NCBI GenBank assembly: GCA_003647095.1
Contig: QMME01000002.1
Location: 1 to 36,112, forward strand
Direction: 5' to 3'
DNA: 36,112 bases
Origin: Deltaproteobacteria bacterium
GTDB lineage: Bacteria; Myxococcota; B64-G9
Shown: positions 25,707 through 32,115 of the stretch, piece after piece
Layout: each line of letters starts with the position of its first letter
Position numbering within the stretch: position 1 is the first letter of the stretch
The notes under the pieces: model-generated
Seen by the model: the letters and a program-made list of their open reading frames with translations, nothing else
Told to the model about the DNA's origin: nothing
Database searches by the model: none
Position numbers and translations under genes: made by a program

Positions 25707-27032
25707 TCAGGAGACCTCGATTACCTGTTCCTGCAGCAACTCGGCCAGGATGCGCAAGGCTTCCACCTGCGGCAGTCCGCAGATGCTGAGGATTTCGTCG
25801 TAGCTCATCCGCCCGTCGACCAGCGAAAGCACGAAACCGGCGCGGTGGTCGAGGTTCAACCAGATCAGTTCTTCCTGGGAAATGCGCACCCGGGGAACCT
25901 GCTCGAGCTTGCCCACCTTGGACAGGTACATGGCGGTCAACTGTTTCTCGGCGTCGGCGCGCAGGGCCAGCGCTTCCTGGTTGTCGGGTTCCAGGGCCAG
26001 CAGCTTGTCGAGCAGTTCCCGGGCCCCGGTGAAGTCATCCAGTTCCAGCAGGTCCCTGATACCACGCATCAACGACTGCACATCCTGGTTCTGGTCGTTT
26101 GTCTGGGCGGTGGCCGCGTCGGGAGTGGCGCTGCTGGTTACCAGTTCCAGTGGATCACCGCCGGCAGCGGCTGTCGCCGGTTGGCTGGTCGCCGGAACAT
26201 TTGCAGCTGCCGCCACGTCGGCCTCGGCCGAGACGCCCGGTGCCGGAATGGCAGTGCTTGCCGGCGGGCTGCCCCAGGCGTCTGCCGCGGGCGCCGGAGC
26301 AGTCTCTGCCGCCGGAGGCGGGCCGGTTTCTGCCGGGATCGCTTCCGTGCCGGCCGGGCCCTGGTCGGCGGTGATCGGCTCTGTTGGTGGCCTGACTATC
26401 GTGGGAACCGATTCGTACGTCCTGGTAGGAGTGCCGTTGCCGGCGGTAGCCGCCGGGGTGGACTCCGTTGGTGGAGCCGGAGACGGTTCCGGCGGGACGG
26501 CTTCGGCAGTGGGCTCTTCGGGAACCGGCGGCAGTGGTGGCAGGGTGGCCGGCACGGAGTGCTGCCCGGACTCCGGTGGGGTGTTGGCGACCGCCGGGGT
26601 GCTGGCAACCGGTGGAGATGCCGGTTCCGGTGAAACCGTCGGCGTGGCGGTCTCCACCGCTTGCTTAGCGGGTTGCTGGCCCGCGGGGGCGGGACCGAAC
26701 AGGTCGCCCCAACCGGTAACACCGACTGCGGGCTTGACAAAGGCCCGGGGGTGCTGCCCTTGACCTGCAGGTGCAGTGGCAGCCTGTGGCTGATCAGAAC
26801 CCGGAGGCGTGGGCTCTTGAGGGGAAGCACCGGTACCGGTGGGTCTTGTTTCCTCCTTCGCCGGTGGACCCCAGTTGGACTTGACGAAGCTCAGGTACTC
26901 GCGGGCACGTTCGTTGTGGGGATCCAGATCCAGCACCTGCTGCCAGCAGGAGATGGCTTCCTCCAGCTTGCCCAGGCCGTAGCAGGTCAACCCCCGATCC
27001 AGTAACTGGCGTACCTGTTGGTTCTGACCCAT
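25707..27032 (-). CDS. TPR protein with a ~255-aa Pro/Ala/Thr-rich low-complexity linker and a C-terminal conserved module
   Basis: N-terminal TPR (LLDRGLTCYGLGKLEEAISCWQQVLDLDPHNERAREYL). Low-complexity P/A/T/E segment (aa ~55-312). Second TPR (DDFTGARELLDKLLALEPDNQEAL). C-terminal LDHRAGFVLSLVDGRMSYDEILSICGLPQVEALRILAELLQEQVIEV. Starts 16 nt after the Hsp70 stop. Confidence 0.75.
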   Translation of the reverse strand: MGQNQQVRQLLDRGLTCYGLGKLEEAISCWQQVLDLDPHNERAREYLSFVKSNWGPPAKEETRPTGTGASPQEPTPPGSDQPQAATAPAGQGQHPRAFVKPAVGVTGWGDLFGPAPAGQQPAKQAVETATPTVSPEPASPPVASTPAVANTPPESGQHSVPATLPPLPPVPEEPTAEAVPPEPSPAPPTESTPAATAGNGTPTRTYESVPTIVRPPTEPITADQGPAGTEAIPAETGPPPAAETAPAPAADAWGSPPASTAIPAPGVSAEADVAAAANVPATSQPATAAAGGDPLELVTSSATPDAATAQTNDQNQDVQSLMRGIRDLLELDDFTGARELLDKLLALEPDNQEALALRADAEKQLTAMYLSKVGKLEQVPRVRISQEELIWLNLDHRAGFVLSLVDGRMSYDEILSICGLPQVEALRILAELLQEQVIEVS

Positions 27033-27048
27033 GGCAACAGCACCTGCC

Positions 27049-28884
27049 TCAGCGGGACCGGGAGGCCAGGGAGCGGAAGGTGTCCAGGGTACGCTGCAAT
27101 GCCTCCATCACCTCATCCAGGCTCTGCAGATCGCGTCGTTCCAGGGCAATGCCGGTTCGTTCGATGATGGAGTCGGCCTTGCGGAGCACGTCACGACTGA
27201 ACTTGGAAGTGGCGATGGTCTGCTCGACGGTGGGTCTGAGCTTTTGTACCTCTACCAGGATGCCCTCGGCCCGCGAGCGCACCTTGTCGAATTGCTCATC
27301 CTGAGCCGCCGCCAGCAGGTAGTCACGGTTTTCATCGGCCATCTGTCGAATCTCGTCCTCGGTCAGGCCGCTGGTGGCGGTTACCACTATCGACTGCTGG
27401 CGCTCTGTCTCCAGATCCTTGGCTGAAACAGATACGATGCCGTCTGCAGAGATCTCGAAGGATACCTCGATCTTGACCTCGCCACGCGGAGCCTCCCGCA
27501 GGCCGGTGAGGATGAATTCTCCCAGAAGCTCGTTTTCGGTGGCTACCTTGCTCTCGCCCTGGAAGACCATGATGCGGGCCGAGGTCTGGCCGTCCTGGAC
27601 GGTGGTGAACACGTGGCTGGCCGAAGTGGGTACGGTGGTGTTCTTCTCGATCAAGGTCTGGAAATAGCCACCCACGATCATGATACCCAGCGAGTGGGGA
27701 GTGACATCCAGCAACAGGGTTTCCTCGTCCTCCTTGGCGGCACCGCTGACCAGCGAGTAGCCCTGGATGGCGGCACCCAGGGCCACTACCTCGTCGGGGT
27801 GAACGTTTTTCGACGGCTCCCGTCCGAAGAAACGCTGCACCTCCCGCTGTACCCGCGGCATGCGGCTCTGCCCGCCCACCAGGATGACGTCGCTGATGTC
27901 TTCCCGGCGCACCCCGGCCTCGCGCAGCGTCTTTTCGCAGATCTGCAGGGTGCGATCGACCAGGTCGGCGGTCAGTTCCTCGAGCTTGGCCCGGCTGAGC
28001 ACCTTCTGAAAGTGCAGGGCCGAACCCTTGCCGGAACTGTAAAGGAAGGGCAGGTTGATTTCCACCTCCGACTGGAAGCTCAACTCGCACTTGGCCTTCT
28101 CCGAGGCGTCCTTGACCCGTTGCAAGGCCATGGGATCCTCGCGCAGGTCGATACCGTGTTCCTTGGCGAAGGAAAATACCACCCAGTCGGCGATGCGATT
28201 GTCGAAGTCCTCGCCGCCCAGGAAGGTGTCTCCGGCGGTGGCGATGACCTCGTAGACACTACCGCCGATATCCAGTATGGAGATATCGAAAGTGCCGCCG
28301 CCCAGGTCGAACACCGCCACGCGCTTGTCCAGTTTCTTGCCATAACCATAGGCCAGGGCCGCGGCCGTGGGTTCATTGATGATACGCAGCACTTCCAGGC
28401 CGGCGATGGTGCCGGCATCCTTGGTGGCCTGGCGCTGGCCGTCGTTGAAGTAGGCTGGCACCGTGACCACCGCCCGGTTGACGGAACTGCCCAGGTAATC
28501 CTCGGCTACCCGCTTCATCTCGGTGAGAATCATGGCCGAGATCTCGGGCAGGCTGTAGACCTTGTCCTTGAGCTTGACCCGGACATCGTCATGTGGTCCT
28601 TCCACCAGTTCGTAAGGGACATGCTGGCGGATATCCTGGACGATATCACTGTTCCACTTGCGGCCGATCAGGCGCTTGGCCCCGAATATGGTGCTGCGGG
28701 GATTGGTAATCGACTGGCGCTTGGCCATGTGCCCCACCAGGCGTCGTCCGGCGGCGGTCACCGCTACCATGGAGGGTGTGGTCCGGTAGCCGCCCTTGTT
28801 GGCGACTACCATGGGCGAACCGTCGACTACCACCGCCACGCAGGAGTAGGTTGTTCCCAAGTCGATTCCCAGCACCTGTTCCAC
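27049..28884 (-). CDS. Hsp70 family chaperone (DnaK paralogue, not in a grpE-dnaK-dnaJ context)
   Basis: GIDLGTTYSCVAV, VPAYFNDGQRQATKDAG, INEPTAAALAYG, DLGGGTFDISIL, VILVGGQSRMPRV. Substrate-binding domain LLLDVTPHSLGI...IEKNTTVPT...ISADGIVSVSAKD, with a helical lid. GTG start at 28884 preceded by GGAGGG. Confidence 0.93.
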   Translation of the reverse strand: MEQVLGIDLGTTYSCVAVVVDGSPMVVANKGGYRTTPSMVAVTAAGRRLVGHMAKRQSITNPRSTIFGAKRLIGRKWNSDIVQDIRQHVPYELVEGPHDDVRVKLKDKVYSLPEISAMILTEMKRVAEDYLGSSVNRAVVTVPAYFNDGQRQATKDAGTIAGLEVLRIINEPTAAALAYGYGKKLDKRVAVFDLGGGTFDISILDIGGSVYEVIATAGDTFLGGEDFDNRIADWVVFSFAKEHGIDLREDPMALQRVKDASEKAKCELSFQSEVEINLPFLYSSGKGSALHFQKVLSRAKLEELTADLVDRTLQICEKTLREAGVRREDISDVILVGGQSRMPRVQREVQRFFGREPSKNVHPDEVVALGAAIQGYSLVSGAAKEDEETLLLDVTPHSLGIMIVGGYFQTLIEKNTTVPTSASHVFTTVQDGQTSARIMVFQGESKVATENELLGEFILTGLREAPRGEVKIEVSFEISADGIVSVSAKDLETERQQSIVVTATSGLTEDEIRQMADENRDYLLAAAQDEQFDKVRSRAEGILVEVQKLRPTVEQTIATSKFSRDVLRKADSIIERTGIALERRDLQSLDEVMEALQRTLDTFRSLASRSR

Positions 28885-28934
28885 TCTGTCGTCCCTCCGC
28901 TAACGCTGCCACTCCCACTCGTGCACGAGAGCCT

Positions 28935-30137
28935 TCACTTGATCTTCTTGCGCAGTTCCTTGACCTGTTCCACCGCCCGATCGTCGAGCGGGTTTTGTTC
29001 CACGTACAGGTTGAGTTCGCGCAAGGCGTTCTTGAGCAGGCCCTGCTCCAGGAATACCTTGCCGAGTACCAGGTGAACCTTGCTGTTTTCCGGCTCCAGT
29101 TCGATGACCTTGCGACAGTACTGCACTGCTACCAGCAGGTTGCGCTTCAGCTCCAGCATCAGGCTGGCGGCCTTGAACAGCGCCCGGGAGTCCTCCGGGT
29201 TGTTCTCCACCGCCCGCCGGAACCAGTCCAGGGCTTCTTCCAATCGCCCCAGCGATTCGTCTCCCAGCCCGCGCTTGTAATTGCGAGCGGCGCGTTCCGG
29301 GGCCGCCTTCTTCTCTACTTCCTGGTGGTAGGCCTTGATCTTCTCGTCGTCGGGCAACAGGGCCAGGGCCAGCTTGGCGCAGTTGGCGGCCTTGATGAAA
29401 TCGTTCTCCTGCTCGGCCTGGCGGGCCTCGGCCAGGTGACGGGAGGCCTGGGCCTTGCGCTGAGCCAGGGGGTTTCTCTTGAGCAGTCGCTGGCGCCTTT
29501 CCTGGCGCAGGCGGGCGTCTCGTTTTTCCTGCTCCTGGCGCGCTTTCTTCTGCTCTACCTCCTCGGCCGTGGGTTCGTAGGGAAGGGTGGCGTCGTAGGC
29601 GGCCCGCTTCTGCTCGTTGGACAGGACATCGTAGGCCTTGCCGATGGCCTTGAAGATGGCGTCGATGCGCGCCTTGTAGGAGCCGAGGTTCTTGCGGAAA
29701 TAGGTATCGGGATGGTACAGGCGCGAAGACTCGAAGTAGGCTTTCTTGATTTGCTTGGCGTCGGCCCGCCGATCGATGCCCAGCAACTGGTAGTGGGTCA
29801 ACTGGGCCAGGTGGGCATGCAGGGAGAGGATCCTCTCCTTGGTTGCCCGGTCGAGATCCACCTCTTCGTCCAGGGCGGCCTGATCCATTTCCTCCTGGGC
29901 CTCCTCGGCGCCGTCCCAGCTTACCACGCCCTTGCTGTACAACGACTTGAGCAAGGCGATGGTATCGCCCTGGTCGAGCCCGGAAAGCTTGAGGATCTCT
30001 TCCACGCTGGTTACACCGTCTATCCGGGTATAAACGAAGGCCTCGCTCGGAGACAGGGCGCGGCTGGCCGGATCCACCCCCTCGACGTGACGAGGTATGG
30101 CCTTGAGAAGGTCTTCCGCCTGTGGGGTGTCAACCAT
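28935..30137 (-). CDS. J-domain (DnaJ-like) plus TPR co-chaperone lacking a G/F region and zinc finger
   Basis: J domain HYQLLGIDRRADAKQIKKAYFESSRLYHPD. Basic coiled region. C-terminal TPRs (FIKAANCAKLALALLPDDEK; LEEALDWFRRAVENNPEDSRA; YCRKVIELEPENSKVHLVLGKVFLEQG). I prefer the start at ATG 30137, because ATG 30194 lies inside the predicted -10 element. Confidence 0.85.
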   Translation of the reverse strand: MVDTPQAEDLLKAIPRHVEGVDPASRALSPSEAFVYTRIDGVTSVEEILKLSGLDQGDTIALLKSLYSKGVVSWDGAEEAQEEMDQAALDEEVDLDRATKERILSLHAHLAQLTHYQLLGIDRRADAKQIKKAYFESSRLYHPDTYFRKNLGSYKARIDAIFKAIGKAYDVLSNEQKRAAYDATLPYEPTAEEVEQKKARQEQEKRDARLRQERRQRLLKRNPLAQRKAQASRHLAEARQAEQENDFIKAANCAKLALALLPDDEKIKAYHQEVEKKAAPERAARNYKRGLGDESLGRLEEALDWFRRAVENNPEDSRALFKAASLMLELKRNLLVAVQYCRKVIELEPENSKVHLVLGKVFLEQGLLKNALRELNLYVEQNPLDDRAVEQVKELRKKIK

Positions 30138-30192
30138 CCTGACCCCTCTGCAAGTGCCCCCTGGGCTCCGGGGAGCAATTCGTTGCGGAAAC

Positions 30193-30222
30193 ATTATTGA
30201 ATCGGTCTGCTTGCCGTGTCAA
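30193..30222 (-). promoter_or_regulatory. Sigma70-like promoter candidate for the J-protein/Hsp70/TPR operon (TTGACA-N18-AATAAT)
   Basis: On the minus strand: TTGACA (30222-30217), an 18-nt spacer, then AATAAT (30198-30193), immediately downstream of the terminator hairpin. Confidence 0.45.
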
Positions 30223-30235
30223 CAAATCACGGAAA

Positions 30236-30269
30236 GAAAAAACCCCTCCCCGCCCGGGGCGGAGAGGGG
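30236..30269 (-). terminator. Rho-independent terminator after the 30297-31880 gene
   Basis: The minus strand reads CCCCTCTCCGCC-CCG-GGCGGGGAGGGG followed by TTTTTTC. That is a 12-bp GC-rich stem with one mismatch, a 3-nt loop and a U tract, starting 28 nt after the stop codon. Confidence 0.75.
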
Positions 30270-30296
30270 TTGGCTGGATGTGGTTGCCGGCAGTGT

Positions 30297-31880
30297 CTAC
30301 TTGCACACGCCCCAGGCGGTGGGGACGGGGTCGCACAGGCCGGCCGGGGCCTGGCAAGAGGTGCCACCGGGACAGCTGGCGTTGGTGGGATCGCAGACTT
30401 CCTTGCAGGTGCTGGACTGATCGCCTTCGCAGATGAGACCGGGGGCGCAGGAATTGATGTACTGGCAGGAGTCCCCGGCCTGGGCGTTCGAGTTGAAGAT
30501 GCAGCGGTATTCCGAGCAGTCCTGCTGCCAGGGAACGCAGGCGTAGCCATCGGTGTCGGCGCAGGCGTTGGAGTCGGTGATGTCGCAGGTGGGGGTGTAG
30601 TCGCAGACGCCCCAGCGTTCGATGCCGGTGATGCCGAAGCAGGAGTAATCGGTGGGGCAGTCTTCGTCGCCGCCGTTTTGCTTGCTGGTGTCGCACAGCT
30701 TCAGGCAGGTGTAGCTGCTGACGCCGCCGGCGCACAGCAGGCCGGCCTGGCAGGGATTGTTGGAATCACAAGTCTCACCCGGTCCCGCGGAGCCCTCGGG
30801 CACGCAGTCGAGGGCGCTGCCGCCGACCGGCACGCAGCGCTCGCCCTGCTGGCAACCAACGTTGTTCACCGGGTCGGTGCAGTCCTGGGCCACCGGGTTG
30901 GGCAGGCAGAAACACTCGCCGGAGCCGATGGGGGCCCCCTGGGAACCTTCCGGGCACTGGTCTGCTTGGCCGCCGGGACAGGGCAGGGCGCAGAAGGAAC
31001 CACCGCACTTGCCGTTTACGCACTCGGGGTTGTAGGCCGGGTCGATATCGGTGCAATCATTGTCCACCGAGCAGGCCTGTGCGTTCTGATCGGTGGGGTC
31101 GAGACCCAGGCACTGGTGGTTCTCGTCGCAGTTGACGGCATCGGCATGAACGTCGCCGTATGGACAAGGGTCGCCCAGGGTGCCTGTGCCGGGGCACTGG
31201 GTGGGATCGAAGCAGGCCTTCTGTCCGCCGGAGATCTCCAGGCAGCAGTTGTCGCCCCCGCAGTCGGTATCGGTGTTGCAGACCTTGGAGCAGTAGGTGA
31301 AGTTGCTGCCCGACAGGCAGGTGGGCCATTCGTCCGGGCAGTCTTCGTCGCCGCCGGGGCAGGGATCGCCGGGAACGCTGGCGCCGGCCACGCAAGTGCC
31401 GTCCTCGCAGTGTTCACCGCTGGGGCAGGTGCCGCAGGACTCGCCGCAAACCGGATCGGGACCGCACTCGCGGTTGGTGCAGTCCTTCTGGCAGGTCACG
31501 CACTGGCCGTCGACGCACTGCTCGCCGGTATCGCACTCGCCGCAGATCTCGCCGCAGTTGGGATCGGGACCGCACTCGCGCCCGGTACAGTCGGGCGTGC
31601 AGGTCTCGCACTGGTTGGTGGTGGTGTTGCAGATCTGGCCGGCGGGGCAGGTATTGGGGCAGGTGCCGCCGCAGCCGTCGTCACCACCGCACTTGCCGTC
31701 GCACTGGGGTTCGCACTGGGTCTTGCAGGTCTTGGTGGTGAGGTCGCAGTACTGGCCCTGGGGACAGTCTTGCGGTCCGGAGCACTGGGCACCGTTGTCG
31801 GAGCCGCCGCAGTTGGCCAGGAACAGGGCCAGGGCCATCGCCAGCGAGGCGGCAACCATGATTGAAAACAGCTTGCGCAT
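30297..31880 (-). CDS. Cys-rich repeat lipoprotein (myxobacterial-type disulfide-rich repeats)
   Basis: MRKLFSIMVAASLAMALALFLANCGG carries lipobox L-A-N-C, and RBS GGAGGAAG is present. Three C-x-x-C-x-G-R/K-E-C-G-P-D-P-x-C-G-E-x-C-G-x-C modules (e.g. CTGRECGPDPNCGEICGECDTGEQCVDGQCV). The rest of the protein is very Cys-dense. Confidence 0.85.
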   Translation of the reverse strand: MRKLFSIMVAASLAMALALFLANCGGSDNGAQCSGPQDCPQGQYCDLTTKTCKTQCEPQCDGKCGGDDGCGGTCPNTCPAGQICNTTTNQCETCTPDCTGRECGPDPNCGEICGECDTGEQCVDGQCVTCQKDCTNRECGPDPVCGESCGTCPSGEHCEDGTCVAGASVPGDPCPGGDEDCPDEWPTCLSGSNFTYCSKVCNTDTDCGGDNCCLEISGGQKACFDPTQCPGTGTLGDPCPYGDVHADAVNCDENHQCLGLDPTDQNAQACSVDNDCTDIDPAYNPECVNGKCGGSFCALPCPGGQADQCPEGSQGAPIGSGECFCLPNPVAQDCTDPVNNVGCQQGERCVPVGGSALDCVPEGSAGPGETCDSNNPCQAGLLCAGGVSSYTCLKLCDTSKQNGGDEDCPTDYSCFGITGIERWGVCDYTPTCDITDSNACADTDGYACVPWQQDCSEYRCIFNSNAQAGDSCQYINSCAPGLICEGDQSSTCKEVCDPTNASCPGGTSCQAPAGLCDPVPTAWGVCK

Positions 31881-31956
31881 AACTTCCTCCTTCTTCTGGG
31901 GGGTTGACTGGTCAGGAACCTCTACGGCTAACACGAACTACCTGGGACATGGGGGC

Positions 31957-31986
31957 ATACTAGGGAACATCCACCATCTCTGTCAA
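31957..31986 (-). promoter_or_regulatory. Sigma70-like promoter candidate (TTGACA-N18-TAGTAT)
   Basis: On the minus strand: TTGACA (31986-31981), an 18-nt spacer, then TAGTAT (31962-31957), about 75 nt upstream of ATG 31880, in a relatively AT-rich spacer. Confidence 0.45.
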
Positions 31987-32115
31987 TGCAAAAAAACAGG
32001 AGGGCGTGAAAACCATCCGTACAACAATGTACCCTTTTACCCATATGTTTGGGGATCCAGAAAAAGCATAAGGGGAAAAAGTGGTTAGCGGCGATCCGGG
32101 GGACCGCCCCCGGGT

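Noticed and set aside
28885-28934. CIRCE/HrcA operator upstream of the Hsp70 gene
   Set aside because: The spacer contains GAGTGG and TTAGCG fragments. It lacks the TTAGCACTC-N9-GAGTGCTAA inverted repeat.
27613-31865. Three long plus-strand ORFs (27613-29076, 28776-30200, 30216-31865) antisense to the Hsp70, J-protein and Cys-rich genes
   Set aside because: Their sequences are low-complexity and Gly/Ala/Val/Leu-rich without motifs. Long antisense frames opposite hsp70 genes are a known codon-bias artefact. The minus-strand genes have strong family signatures, RBSs, a promoter and a terminator.
32096-32113. Hairpin CCGGGGG-ACCG-CCCCCGG 2 nt after the stop of the 705-aa gene, as a possible intrinsic terminator
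   Set aside because: The stem is only 7 bp with no adjacent U tract; the nearest T run is about 17 nt away. It may still pause or terminate transcription, but the evidence is too weak to call.
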